A stretch of 59,634 nt of DNA, counting the filler, from Asterionella formosa (lineage: Eukaryota), in the NCBI GenBank assembly GCA_002256025.1. It is 11 parts of 11 records of this genome, joined end to end, with 100 filler letters (N's around TTAATTAATTAA, not from the genome) between each part and the next. Parts side by side here need not be neighbours in the genome. Positions count along the whole stretch, not along the records: positions 10,881 to 16,217 come from NKIB01013111.1; positions 16,318 to 21,653 come from NKIB01013112.1; positions 21,754 to 27,088 come from NKIB01013113.1; 8 more parts are not named here. One strand, given 5' to 3'. Each line of letters opens with the position of its first letter. Within the stretch, counting starts at the first letter, position 1. Both the position numbers and the translations under genes were made by a program. The notes under the pieces are model-generated. The model did no database searches and was not told where the DNA came from. It saw only the letters and a program-made list of their open reading frames with translations. Positions 11,670-24,764 of the stretch are shown piece by piece.

Positions 11670-12311
11670 TTACACAATCATGCCCACAAAAGCAGCGAGT
11701 ATCAATGTGATAGCACCAAACGAAGCTGTCGAGAAAGCGCTAGAGGTTAAAGGTGTGGTTGGCTTGGATGTCGTAGGCTTCAACGAAGTGGGCGAAGGGC
11801 TGGTGGGTATGGGGAGAAGAACTGGAGAAAGGGTGGATGGAGAGCCACCAGAAATTGGTGCCAAGGAAACTGGTGCCATAGTAACGGGTGCAGTACTGTC
11901 GCCAACCGGAGCAGCGACAGGAGCAGTTGAGACAGGTGCTGTTGATCCGGGATTGGCGACAATAGGCGCTGCAGTTGTTGCACCCTTGGGAACCTTAGAA
12001 GGCGCTAGAGATGTAGTACCCTTGGGGACTCTACTGGGCGCTAACGATGTAGTACCCTTGGGTGCCCCACTTGGAGAGAGAGATGTTGTACCCTTCGGAA
12101 CCTTAGAAGGCGCTAGAGATGTTGTACCCTTGGGTGCCCCACTTGGAGAGAGTGATGTTGTACCCTTAGGAACCTTAGAAGGCGCTAGAGATGTTGTACC
12201 CTTGGGGACCCCAATGGGCGCGAGAGATGACGGAGCGACAGCAAGGGTGTGAATAACGTTGGTGTTGACTGTTGCCAGCAGAAACATGGATGAAATCGAT
12301 AGGAACTTCAT
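11670..12311 (-). CDS. Secreted, probably GPI-anchored P/S/T-rich mucin-like protein (213 aa) with 12-aa tandem repeats
   Basis: Start MKFLSISSMFLLAT (signal peptide); 6-7 copies of PKGTTSL(A/S)PS(K/G/R)(V/A); C-terminus TSSAFSTASFGAITLILAAFVGMIV (small residues, spacer, hydrophobic tail). Confidence 0.8.
   Translation of the reverse strand: MKFLSISSMFLLATVNTNVIHTLAVAPSSLAPIGVPKGTTSLAPSKVPKGTTSLSPSGAPKGTTSLAPSKVPKGTTSLSPSGAPKGTTSLAPSRVPKGTTSLAPSKVPKGATTAAPIVANPGSTAPVSTAPVAAPVGDSTAPVTMAPVSLAPISGGSPSTLSPVLLPIPTSPSPTSLKPTTSKPTTPLTSSAFSTASFGAITLILAAFVGMIV
11955..12206 (-). repeat. 36-bp coding minisatellite, about 7 units
   Basis: Recurrent GGCGCTAGAGATGTTGTACCCTT and GGAGAGAG variants at a 36-bp period. 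Confidence 0.9.
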
Positions 12312-13207
12312 GATGTCGTCTGAATGATAGATATGAAATGTAAGTTGCGTTTGACAGATAATGACTTGAAATATTTCCCAAAGAAGAAACACTCATGATC
12401 CATACCCAGTAGGCAGAGGCGGCCGGTGCTGGTTCCAACGGATGAGATTGACATATACCGGTATATAATTAAGGAGCGGAAATCTTGTTACGACCTGCAG
12501 AGTACACGAAGTTAACATAAAAGAAGGCGTTGAACAAAAATTCATGTGATAGGCGTGTTTATTTATTCATGTGTCCACAATAACCGTGTCGCACGCTGAG
12601 GAATATTTAGTTAGTATTCTTGTAATCATTGTCCTTGCTATTTCTACCGGTACCAAGTACCAGTCGTAGTATATTTCTTTCTCCCGCTGGATTCGTTGTT
12701 ACCGGTGAGGATACCAGTAAAAAACTGCCATAACCCATTGATTTAGGGTGTTTGTTTGACTTCTCCGACTAACGGTAAATTCTATCGAATTTCGGACCCA
12801 TGATCTGTTCGAGATGAAATGTTATGCTATGTAAATGTAAAACCCGCTGTAAATACCGTTATACCTTTGCGCGGTGTTCCTTTACTATGGTACCTGGTAC
12901 CTTGTACCAGTAATACAGTTACGGTGACAGTAGTTCTCCTTGCTACAACGAAACAAAAGCATGCATGATTGCGGGATGGCTTGAGGTGAGGAGACAGAAA
13001 CATGCTACCTATGTATGTATCGTGTTATGTCATCATGTAAATGCTACCTATAGATGTGGAGATATCATGATTGGCTGAACCCCGATGTGGAGCAACTTAA
13101 GATGGTGGAGGGTCCATGTGGAGTAATTATTGTTGAAGAGAACCTTGTCGTTAACAAAGGTGAACTACTACTATATTATGACTATTCTAATGCTGTCTTT
13201 GGCATGG

Positions 13208-13303
13208 TGTTGTTAGGTTACATGCATGTACCTAATCTGGTGGCTATACGTGGTGCAAAGTCAGTACGGGGCTCATGCAGTACATTGTACTCAGGTATTA
13301 ACA
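13208..13303 (-). repeat. Putative 3' LTR (~96 bp) of the copia remnant
   Basis: Minus strand reads purine tract AAGGGTG, then TGTT...AACA, about 130 bp after the RNase H end. A second LTR is not present to confirm it. Confidence 0.5.
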
Positions 13304-14960
13304 CACCCTTACCACCAAAGACAGATGATGGGAAAGGATCAATAGATGACAAGGCAGCAACCACACAGAGGAGCACAGGAGGAAGCGGTGGGAAAGGTAG
13401 CATCGTCGGTAGCCAACAATTTTTTTGCATAGCAATGTGATGGGAACCCGGATGATGTTTAGTGAAATAATTCTGCACAATTGAGCATGCCCTTTTTCCG
13501 AAAAACCCGAAATTGACCTTGGTGGACACGACCGTGCACCCAATAGAAACACATACTATCCATCGCTTTGGAGCATTTTTGGCAAACAGAATCATTAGCA
13601 ATACCAATAGCCATGCTATTATCTGTGACAACTGGTGTAGCGGATTGTGGGTGACCAAGTTCAGCAAGAATAGTGAGGATAGCATTAGCCTCCTTGCCAT
13701 TATGAAATAACTGGACAAGACTTCCTTAAGGATTTGACAATGAACATAGATGGCACCATTCAGAGGGGGGACAGTGGGGGAATTAGCCAACACAGGAGGG
13801 GGGAAATGGGTGTACAGCTTAAAAATGCAACCGGCAGCATGGGACCGGCCGCAAGATTCTGACAAATAAGACGGGGCATTGCTATCAACATGGAGGATCA
13901 TTTCACTGGTGGTGTAGCGTATGGCCGTGGCATCCCAATGTGTGGCGCAAAAATTTAATATTGAGTACTAAGGGTATCCATGGTGGCGATGGTAGGTGTA
14001 GACTGTTGTGTAGCAAGAGTGCATATAGCTGGCAACATGCGTTCTTGAACACGCTTTTTGTCTGTCAAATCGATGACAGGCTGAGTGCTATCATGAACAA
14101 CAAATCGGTGGCGGGCCCCATGTGTGGGGGTGTCCATGCATGGGGTGAATGTTGGGGGCGGACAGGGATAGGGTGGGAAAAGTGTTGTACAGTCAGTGGT
14201 GAGGCGGCATTTTGTCTGCAAGGTAGCAATGAGGCGGTCAACATCGGCCGGTCTTTTTGGTATAACGCACCCAAAAATCATCAACAACAAGCAAGATTAA
14301 ACATAAGATCGCTGTTGTGATCAGTCCATAATCTGGGTGAAATAGGACATGGAGAATACCCATGGGAAGCCAAAAAATGCCCTAGTTGTTCATGGGCAAG
14401 CTTGCCTGCCTGGGTTAATCCGTACATACCATAGCGGATATCTGCATAGACATCATGGCCATCAATGATTTTAGTTGCTAATCCATACAACTCCTGAATG
14501 TGGGATGGAATCATCCATACAGGAATGCGTACATATTCATAGGTGTTGCTGGGTAAGTGACTCTTGAGGTAAAAATCGGACAGATCCAGCCAATGTCATG
14601 AAGCATCAATTGGGAGTGCCGATAGTACTATTGAAAAAACATTTGGTTGTAGTAGTGTGGTCTGTGGCGGTCTTTGCGGGCTATTGCCGCCAGCTGTCCA
14701 TCGTAGTATGCAGTGGGGAACCGCCTTTTTGGAGCGGTCGGCACAAACAATATGGATGTAGATGGCGCGCTTGTTGGCAGGGATTTCATGTTTGGAAATA
14801 GAGAAGCAGCAGTTGTTGCCTGTGGGCATAGCGGAATCAGCGCCGAGGCCTTGGAATAAGTGGCCCATTTCAAGGCCATGGAGGTTGCCCAGGAAGCTGC
14901 AGTACTGCACCGTGATAATTCCCGGTAACCAGCAATCTTGCTGGTATCAGGGTTAATAGC
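13208..14960 (-). mobile_element. Degenerate Ty1/copia (CoDi-type) RT-RNase H region with PPT and short 3' LTR
   Basis: RWTAGGN, DFYL, GMYGLTQAG, VVDDF, LHVDSN..YLSE, NGAI, TDNS, SKAMD, YFTKHHP across broken frames. Confidence 0.9.
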
Positions 14961-15388
14961 TGTGCTATGAATCCTAAGCCGATTCCGAATCCGAACCTGG
15001 AACCACAGACATTTCAGTTACACAGTGGCAAGTGTGCATTGTTGAATGGTGCAGGTACCAATTGGTACCAGGTCACCTGGTAAGAGTACCCTTGTCTATT
15101 GTGTGCCAGTACATTTGTAACTTATGATCATGCACTGTTGTATTTTTTGGTTTTTGGGGAGTGCACATATTGTGTGCACATTGTTGTAGTCTACATGAGC
15201 ATTATACTGTTTATGCAGAATATATATCAGTATCAAATCTTCTCTTTTTTCTCTACATACACATCACTCTGTTAAGTACAACACCATATGAGTACCTGGT
15301 ATTACATGTTCTGTCGCTATGCATATTGCAAGCACTCAGATAGTATATCTCTTCTTTAGCCTTAGTCATATCATGTGCTTCATGCACA

Positions 15389-15490
15389 TGCTATATAGGG
15401 ATGACGCCTAGAAGGCAGAATCCCCTAACTCTAACAGTGCTATGTAGGGATGACACCTAGAAGGCGGAATCCCATGACCCTAACCCTCAC
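15389..15490 (+). repeat. 49-bp tandem duplication of a hairpin unit ending in telomere-like sequence
   Basis: TGCTATRTAGGGATGACRCCTAGAAGGCRGAATCCC twice (GGGAT/ATCCC outer stem, GCCT/AGGC inner stem), followed by CTAACTCTAAC and by ATGACCCTAACCCT. Confidence 0.7.
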
Positions 15491-15499
15491 AAAAACCCT

Positions 15500-16217
15500 T
15501 CGATTGTGTCATTTTGTGAAGTGCACTGGTGTGACCTTCTTTTCCGACACAAACATTGGATTTGTTATGTTGCATAGCAGATGCAAATGCGACTTTTCCA
15601 CCAGCATTGACAATCGTCAAACTGTTGTTTTCATTATTCTCAGCCAAGCACCAAAGTGCTGCACACCATAGTATTGAATGGTAGCATTGGAGAAATGAGT
15701 CTTCATTGCAGACAGAAGCAGAGCAATACCTTTTGCGTAAACGATCTTCTCCTTGTTAATTTCATTCTCAGCCAACTTCTGAAGTGCTCCACAACCATAT
15801 TCTTGGACATTAGCATTATATGGATGAGTCCTCATTGCAGACACAATCCTAGCAATACCTCCTTCATCAGCAATCACCACCTTGTTGCTGTCATTCCCAG
15901 CCAACTTCTGAAGTGCTCCAAAACCATAATGTTGTACATTAGCATTGGATGAATGATCCTTCATTGCAGAAAGAATTGGAGTGATACCTTTTGCGTCAGC
16001 AATCGCCTCTGGGTTGATGTCATTCTCAGCCAACTTCTGAAGTGCTGCACAACCATATTCTTGGACATAAGCATTCTTTGGGTGATCATTCATTGCAGAC
16101 ACAATCCTAGCGATACCTCCTAACTGAGCAATCATCTCCTGGTTGTTGTCATTATTCACAGCCAAGTTCCCAAGCTCCATGAGACCATCTACTTGAAAAT
16201 GAGCATGCTGCTCATTC
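15500..16217 (-). pseudogene. Armadillo-repeat protein (about 42-aa repeats), frameshifted, 5' end beyond contig
   Basis: Repeats GGIARIVSAM..H..NANVQEYGCGALQKLAEN. A 1-nt loss near 15664 (TATGGTGTGCA versus repeat consensus TATGGTTGTG) continues as ALWCLAENNENNSLTIVNAGG in another frame. Confidence 0.82.
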
Positions 16218-16317
16218 NNNNNNNNNNNNNNNNNNNNNNNNNNNNNNNNNNNNNNNNNNNNTTAATTAATTAANNNNNNNNNNNNNNNNNNNNNNNNNNN
16301 NNNNNNNNNNNNNNNNN
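16218..16317. other. Artificial contig linker
   Basis: N44-TTAATTAATTAA-N44. Confidence 0.98.
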
Positions 16318-17125
16318 AACATGTACTTACTACCAAAAAGTCACTTGAAACATAAACCTGGTACTGACATCATGTTGACAATTCTTAGCTGGCTGGCTAT
16401 CCTTGTCCGCTGTTGGATGGGTTTCACGGCAGCCATGGCACCTGCCGTCGTCCTGTGCCCGCCAAAGTATTCATGGTACGCCAGCACGCATCTCAGGGTC
16501 GACGTGTGACGGCAAAAAAATCGCACCTCGAGCTGTATAAAGGCGGCTTCCTCCTCAGAGGCATGTAGACTGGTCTGTAGATATGTAGAAGATGTACGTC
16601 TTGTACTTGACCTATCCCAAAGAAATGAGTCTTGTAATTTCTTCATATGTTACCTTCGTGACGCAATAGAAAATTTGGCTAAAGTATTCGAATTCATTAT
16701 TTACGAGGTGGCCGCATATTTGTGAAGATACCATCGTGCGATGGCACGTTCCACTATCATGCATACGTACATATAAATCGAGAGCCGTTGCATCTGTGTT
16801 TCCCGCCGAGTTTGCTGCGCGCCAAAACTTCGAGGGAGGGAATGTTGCGATGTTGCCTTCAAAGCACACGAAACACCCAATTTAAAGAGTATTATTTGCC
16901 TCTGGGTTGCATTACATACTTCCTTGCTGTTGCTTACAAGGTTGTCGCTGAATGCACGAATAGCTTAGGTATCGTTTTTTGGTTGAAAGTAGAAAGGAAC
17001 CAGCTAGAACGGGAGAGAGCAAGCGCGGCTCCAGTGTGCCATTTTTCGCATACCTCTGCTGAGCCCTTCCGAGTACCTCTTTTGATTCAAGTTTTGGCGT
17101 ACAGCGTGGAGCGCAAAACTCCACA

Positions 17126-20100
17126 ATGACGCTGCAAACGAGATCAAAGTCGATCAAGCAAGAAGACGACGAGGAAGGCGACGAAGTAGCCACTCCAGCT
17201 GTTACACATGATGGCACTGCTGGAACCGGATTAATTGTAGCAGCAGATTCAACTAGTAAACAACAGCACTTTCATCCGCCGTCGAATGCAGCTTCGCGAC
17301 TAGCCCGACAAGCACGAACCTTGATTCCGTCAAGGCGAAGTCAAAGTGGAGCAGCATCACACGCAGAAACAGAAGTCAAACAGGAGCCGACACCGGAAGC
17401 ATCAGCTAGAGAACAAGATCAGAAACGTCAGTCATCATCGGGAAAGCCGAAAGCGAGTCCAATGCAGAAACACGAATCAGCGCCCAACAGTGGCAGTAGT
17501 TCAAGTGCGCAGTCTTGCTCTCCCTATTATCAGGTGCGTTTCATATCCGTCGATCGGATCCCCGTAAGCATCTCCATTTTTTTTGTTTAAACCAGAGCAT
17601 TGCTTGGCACGTGCGTGATGGGGGTGATGATGTATGGGAATGATTGATCTAAGGAGGGAATGACCCCAAGCGTTGAACCAATCGTTCCAACCACAATTAT
17701 TTTGCTGATGTCGTCATAGTCTTGGGGCAGTCTTGGATCTAAACTCCTTTTCAGTTGATTGATGTTTTTGTTAGTGTGTTCGTACTCGGATAACAATTCG
17801 ACATAGCTTTCTGTGCAATATCATCAATGCAGAACTATGACATTCATGATTCTATTCTTTTCTTGAGACCATGGTAAATGATGCTCTCTACCTTCTTCAG
17901 CCTTTTACTAACACTATCTGATCTACTTCATTCCTACCTCCATTGACTACCAACTGCATTCACGATTACTTTTTCATTTTACGTATATCTACGCCATGGT
18001 TTCTCCTCCTATACGCTTTCATGTTCTCCTACAACATTGGTGACTCTGATTCAAATGCTTCTCGTCCTTCAATCGCCACAACGCTCAACATCCATGACTT
18101 GATGCGTTGAAAATAAACTTTACACGATTGCTGTACCTCATGGCAACGGCTACTTTTGCATGATGACCAACTCCCTTCAACTTTTCTCGTCTACGCCGTC
18201 CATCGCATCTCACAAATCCAACAGAGAGGCGCTTCACATCAACATCCTTCTGGCACCAAATCCTATATGTCGTCTCGAGACAACCTTCACATTTCCGCCG
18301 AACTTGACACAATCAAGGACGATTTTGGCCCTTCGATTGAGGATTGCTTAAACATGGGATCCTTTGCCGAAGAAGACTCCCCACCCAGGCATAGCAAGCG
18401 CCAGCATGGAAATTCGCCAGCCTACACAGCATCGCATGGAGCCTATCCTCCCTTTCGGTCTGCACCAGGATATCACACTCAACCTCCAACATACAACTAT
18501 CCTTCTCAGGGATATTATTATCCTCAACGAGGGTATCCACCACCGCACGAACAAGGAAATTGGTCGTCCCCTTCTACTTATGATTATGCTGGACATGGTA
18601 GATCCGAACCAATGCCACATACGTCTCCGCCGACAGCAAAAAAGGCTCGTTGGGGACAGTTAACCCCTGAAAAAAAGACGGGGCCTTCCCCATTCCGGTC
18701 TCCTCCAGATGATCATAAATACAAAAAATCCCCACTCTTTCATGGAACGCCGTCGTTTGGTGCTTACGAAAGTTTTGGAGTTGACACTCCTATTGGGTCG
18801 GGCCACCTAGGGGAATTTTCACCGATGGGCCCGCCCGTCTTTGCTAATTTTGATTCCAGTTCCTTGGTTCATTTCCAACTCTCCAAATCGTCATCAGGTG
18901 AAGAAAACAATGGCAGCGTGAAACAAACGATTAACCAGCGACTAACAGGGTCAGAAGATGATTACGCAGAAAACATCTTGGGAGACGTATTATCCCCTTT
19001 CATTGGGAATATTCAAATTCAAGGTTCACCTCTCCGAGCTGGCCGGAGTGAGCGCAAGCCATTACTGCCGTCGTCTCTTAAAAAGTCGGCTTCATCGGGG
19101 AATAAATCTCGTTTCAGCTTTTCGTCGCCAATGGGGTCGAGTGCGACTATACAAAAATCACCTTGGTATTCGGATACCAAAGCACCGGGCCCGGTGAGAT
19201 TAGAGGTGAGTTCTGGTGTCGTAACTTTATTTTTTTCTTCTTTGTTCCGTGGGTCTAACGCACGTCGTGGCTGAACACCAACTAGTTGGGAGACTTGAGC
19301 ACAAAGCGTGACGAGACACGGAAGGGACTCGAAGGCATTAATAGCATGCTCCGTAGGGGTTCAAGTCGACAACGTTCTACTCCAGCGACTGCACTTCGAC
19401 CCCGGCAGCCTGACCAGCAGATACGTCCATCAGAGACATCAATGTCACGAGGGATCACTTATCTTTCTCATAGTGAGATTGAAACTCCTATTAAGTTATC
19501 CCATCCTCACGGACATCGAAGGACTACGCCGTATGGGCCGAGTTCAGCGGCTAACTCACAAATGCCTTCCATGGCTGAATCAACCCCTAGATTCTCAGGA
19601 TCAGGAAATCGCAAGAGTCCTCGTTCTGGCAAAGAAAACTTGACTCTTATGTCATGTAATTGCAAGAAATCCAACTGTCTCAAACTCTACTGTGTGTGCT
19701 TTGCCGCCGAGCGTTTTTGTGATGGATGTAATTGCAACGACTGTCGTAACACGACTGGAAACGAAGATGCTCGTGTCAAAGCCATGAAGGACTGCCGAAC
19801 CAAAAATCCAAACGCGTTCAAATCAAAGATTGATCATAATCGAGTCGTTGTTCAAGGGCCACCTGGTTTATCTCCTCAGAGTATTCACAACACGGGCTGC
19901 AAGTGCAAGAAATCGGAATGCCTCAAGAAATATTGCGAGGTGAATAACTGTGTGCGCTAATTGTCATTCCATTCGTGATGCATACTGACTCATTCTCCAA
20001 TTGTCCCAACAGTGTTTTCAAAATGGTGTTATGTGCGGAGGCAAATGCAAATGTGTGGATTGCTTGAACTATGGTGGTTCACAAGCTTTGATTGACAAGC

Positions 20101-20750
20101 GACGAAAGATCAAGGATCATCGCGGTGCGGAAATTGCAATGCGTGTCGCAGACGAGACCTGGAAAGGAAAACACGGTCCTCCTCCAAATTTGACACCTCG
20201 GCATAATCCCATGCAATCCCCTCCTCAAACAGGTCATCGACATCCTCCTCACGTTTTGCACCCTCATTCGATTGTTCACCCCAGTCCATCAGTGCATGGT
20301 CGTGGACACCCACCACAATATATGCCACCTCACTATATGGGGGCCCCAATGGGATACTCGCCAATGGGCGGTCCTCATGGCACTCCCAATTACATGCGCG
20401 GCAAACCCGTGATGCGCATTCGTCATTCTGGTGGCAGACCTACCCCGCAACCCCCTTCATATGCTGAGGCAAGGAAGCCTCGGTTGGAACCCACTCCGAA
20501 AACACCTAGAACTCCGGCGATTCGTCTTGCTTACGACCCTAAAACCAGTAAGAAGAAGCGCAAACTCCCTCTTGGTTTTATGGAACAATTATTTCCTTTC
20601 TTTGGCAAACTCCCAGATCAACCCAAGACTGCTGCACTGACCATCTTTTCGTTTTTGACAAATGACGAAATGTACAACGCCGGACTCGTATGCAAACGGT
20701 GGTCACGCCTCGCAGTAGACGAGGAACTCTGGGACTTGCCTCAATTCTAA
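17126..20750 (+). CDS. Tesmin/TSO1/LIN54-like CXC-hinge-CXC protein with C-terminal F-box-like motif (~926 aa); exons 17126-17533, 18225-19205, 19286-19939, 20013-20750
   Basis: CNCKKSNCLKLYCVCFAAERFC, hinge KNPNAFKSKI, GCKCKKSECLKKYCE|CFQNGVMC. All three GT-AG introns join in phase 0. C-terminus IFSFLTNDEMYNAGLVCKRWSRLAVDEELW. The exon 1 link is the least certain part. Confidence 0.88.
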
Positions 20751-21653
20751 ATGTTTTCAAATCAATTAAACTTATCTCGACATATACTGATGTTGACTCG
20801 GGACAAGATCTTGGCGATTTTGTTACCCATGCAGTCCATCAAAATCTATGTTTGGAAGTCTTCATGGGGAAGATTTTCATTTTTTCGTAACGTTTAGAAA
20901 TAAACCGTTTGTGCCTGTCTCTGCCTAGCGTGTATTGGTTAAATTATATTTCGCTTGTTATTGACAAGATGAAGAACGCAATGCTTTGATTTGTGTAGAC
21001 TACACAGTAGTCGAAGTTAATTTTAATTATGCATGATGCTGTGAGTACCTGGTACAAATAGATGTTATTTATAGTCCAGCAAGAACAAAATCAATTGATT
21101 GTGCGAACTTCACTTGTTCAACAACACTGCCATTCAGCATATTGAACTTGCTAAATACTAGAAAAAGCTGAGTACATTACTTACCACGTTAGGAGGAATA
21201 TTAATTAGTAGCTACCGACTATGAGCAAGTTAGTCCTTTTAGATAAGAAAATAGTAACCTGGAAAAAAGTCAACAATTAGTTAGTTTAGTTTTCATCAGA
21301 ACGCTGTTCCTTGCTTCTTGGAGTTTCGAACCCTATATTTGGTAAGAAAACCTTGCTTCTCTTTCTCGTTCAGCAAAAGAGAAGTTCCACCCACCCCGGT
21401 CGCCATTCCAGGACTGATTTTGACGAGCGATAAGGCAATGAGCGATGGTCTAGCACCCACCTAGCCATCAACAAGCAAAAGAATTTCTTGGCTGGGTTGG
21501 CGCGAGTATGGCTCTGTCATATCCATCGTCGTGTATGCACATTAATCGACTGCTTCGACTGCAGCAGCCTGACAGACAGACGCATCTTTCTTTGGCCAAT
21601 GAAGTTATACGCACATTTTCGGACCATGGTTATCACACTCACCATAAATATTA

Positions 21654-21753
21654 NNNNNNNNNNNNNNNNNNNNNNNNNNNNNNNNNNNNNNNNNNNNTTA
21701 ATTAATTAANNNNNNNNNNNNNNNNNNNNNNNNNNNNNNNNNNNNNNNNNNNN
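21654..21753. other. Artificial contig linker
   Basis: N44-TTAATTAATTAA-N44. Confidence 0.98.
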
Positions 21754-24623
21754 CCTTTCTTGTTCTTTTCTCCGTCTTTTGCTGGGCGAGAGTGCGATAT
21801 CCTCGAGTTTATCATGTCCGAAGCTGGATTGAAGATTTGCAAAGTAAGCTTGCTGATACACAGTACGGATTCTTGGAGTGGACTTACAAGCTTTGGTGGG
21901 TGAGCGATGACGATTTCCGCGAGGCTTGTGGAATGGATGCTCTCTGTTTCATTCGCATCCTACGATTCGGTCTCAAGATTGCCCTCCTTGGCATGTTCAA
22001 CTCGTTGTGGCTGTGCCCAATTTGTAAGTTGGTTATAGGTTCAACGCCATGGAATCATGTGTGTGCGCTTCATTCATTTCCTTGAAATTATTAACTGATG
22101 TTGTAACATTTTAGACGCGACGTCACCCTCACACCCGAACACGGCCTCTGTTACTGATTGGGTCGCCATCATGACTATCGCAAATGTTCCTCCTGGTAGT
22201 CCCCGGTTATTCGCAACTGTCATTTCAGCTTACATGTTTTTTGGTTACATCATGTACTTGATGCTTCAGGAGTTTAAGTGGTTCACTGACCAAAGGCACA
22301 AGTACTTAGCACGCACATCTGCGCAGAATTATACTGTTTACGTCAGCCATATTCCGCCTGAGATTAGATCCAGTGCAATGCTCTTGGATTACTTCCGTAG
22401 GGCTTTCTCACACGACGCTGTGCTCGAGGCTCATATCGCTCTAAAAATACCTAATCTGGAGAAGAAGGTAGCCGCTCGAGAGTCTCTTGTAGGAAAGCTT
22501 GAACACGCTATCAACCTTGAGGAAGTCAAGGGAAAGACGCCAACACATAGAAGCATCAATTTGAAAGGAAGGAAGGTCAACTCAATTAATGCTTGGACGA
22601 CACAACTTCGAAAAGAAAACCAAGAAATTCGGGATGCAATCAAGACTATTGAAGCTATGCACGACCCAATGTCGTTTCAGGAAGACCTCGAAGCCGACGG
22701 AGGATTCGTCATGTCCCCTGGGTACAGTGTGAGGAGTACACGATCCAGTTATTCTGATGTTGATACGTCCGCGGTCAGAAGAAGAACTAGCTCCAAGGCT
22801 ATTGTTTCAATGCAAAAAGATGAAGTTTCTTCCTTTAGAAAGAGTGACAGTGGTAAAGTCCTTTCCTTCTTGAAGAACACTGCCAAAACGACGAGTGGAT
22901 TGGCCAGTTCCACATTCAAAAATTTGGTTGGGCGCGATGATGGCGAACCCCGACAATCTGGGTTCATTACTTTCACCAAACTCAGCAGCACCCAAGCTTG
23001 CCTGCAAATGATTCATCATCCGAGTACGTTTATTGATTTTGGAAACAGAGCACCAAAATTCCCATTTCTAACCTTTCATTTTAAATCCTCGTTGTAAAGT
23101 TCCGTTTACCATGACTGTGGCCGAAGCACCAGACCCAGACGACATTTTCTGGGCGAACGTTGGTAAAAGCCACGAATCTCTGCAACTTGGAAAACTTGCT
23201 GGTTTATGTTGCACGATTATTCTTTGTCTGTTTTGGACTGTACCTGTCTCTTTCATCGCTTCTTTGACCGCAATTGACTCCTTGACGGCGAAACTTCCTT
23301 TTTTGGCTAAATGGGTTGAAGAAGCTCCGTGGTTGGCACCTGCATTGGCACAGTTGGCCCCTGTTATGATCATTTTGCTCAATTCCATGCTTCCTATGAT
23401 TCTGGGAGAGTTCTGTAAACTCGAAGGTCCTATTTCGTCGTCAATCCTTGAAGCCAGTTTATTCATTAAGCTGGCAGCGTTCATGGTAAGTATTATTTAC
23501 GTTTATATTGCTTGTGGTGCTTCTGCTTTTCTCATGATTCTGTGTCCGTACAGATTATTCAAACGTTCTTTGTAAGCGCTGTGTCTGGGGCCCTGCTTTC
23601 TGAGCTTTCAAATATCTTGGATAACCCATCAAGTATTGTGGAGCTCTTGGCCAAGAGTCTTCCTGGACAATCGACTTATTTTGTGCAAATTCTCCTCGTG
23701 AAAACCTTCCTTGGCTTAGGACTAGAGCTTCTAAAAGTGACACCCTTGGTTGTTGCCGGAATTAGATCCATAGTTGGACCAGGCCTCACCGAAAAGGAGC
23801 GGAACTCTATATGGATGGGTCTTCGTCCATTGGCTGCGCCAGCAGAATTCGCATATTCCGATATTACCTCTAGTGCGATCCTCTATTACATGGTATTGTT
23901 CGGTAAGCATTGTCTTCTTGCAAACGCCTTCGCTTTCTCTTCAATTTCTTACATCTGCCATCATAGTATATTCCTCAACAGCTCCAACTACAAACTGGTT
24001 TATGTTCTTTTGCTTTGCAATCCTGTCAAGTGGCTATAGGTATCAGTTTATTTACAAGTAAGTAACGATTCTCCTGTGACCAGTCGCAAAATATCGATGT
24101 GTCTAACCTTTTTGCTGGTCGTAACAGTTATCCAACTACACCTGACAGCGGAGGAAAGATTTGGACCGGGTTTATTAGCATTGCATTACCTTGCATGTTC
24201 ATTGCGCAGATCACATTAGTTGGTCTCCTCACTCTCAACCAGGCGTTGCTTGCTGTTCCCTTTACGATCCCTCTTTTGGTAATCCAAGTTTTCTTTGGTA
24301 TATACATCAAACAAAGACATTTTTATGTTACAAATTTTTTACCATCTCGCGAATGCCTAAATATTGATTTGCGAAATAACTCCGAGTGTCGAATGGACTT
24401 CTCATTTGTCAATCGTAAGTATTTGCAGCCTGCCATGCAGTCGAAGGAAGACTTGCAGCCTGAAAATCTTAGTGTCGAACGCGAGATCGCCCAACAGGAT
24501 GTTACTTTTATGACCCCGCCGTCTAGTGAGGCAGAAATCAAGGACTACGACTACGAGCAAGATAGCGCGCTGGTCATGGAACATGAACATACTACATTGT
24601 TGTCTGAGGTACCCTCTAAGTAA
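21754..24623 (+). CDS. OSCA/TMEM63/CSC1 (ERD4-like) calcium-permeable mechanosensitive channel, 5'-truncated; exons <21754-22023, 22115-23023, 23100-23485, 23554-23902, 23967-24057, 24128-24623
   Basis: GMDALCFIR, YTVYVSHIP, GFITF, APDPDDIFWANV, LAKSLPGQSTYF, YRYQFIYNY..DSGGKIW. The five GT-AG introns are phase-compatible. Confidence 0.93.
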
Positions 24624-24764
24624 CACTTTGACAATTTCCAATCATTGTATGTGAAGGAGTATCACGGGGAAGCATTCTGTTGTTGTGAGATTATTACAAA
24701 CCTTTGAATAATGATGTAATACCGGTATAGATTGCACTGATTTGTAGCTCATCTACCACAAATC

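Noticed and set aside
11680..12252. 190-aa antisense ORF
   Set aside because: Shadow of the repeat-rich mucin gene; the sense strand has the signal peptide and GPI-like tail.
13054..13207. VNKGELLLYYDYS resembling a SET-domain C-terminal motif
   Set aside because: Too short, and it lacks the NHSC motif.
16318..16950. Possible divergent minus-strand gene start with splice donors
   Set aside because: No consistent exon chain or recognisable domain; cut by the contig end.
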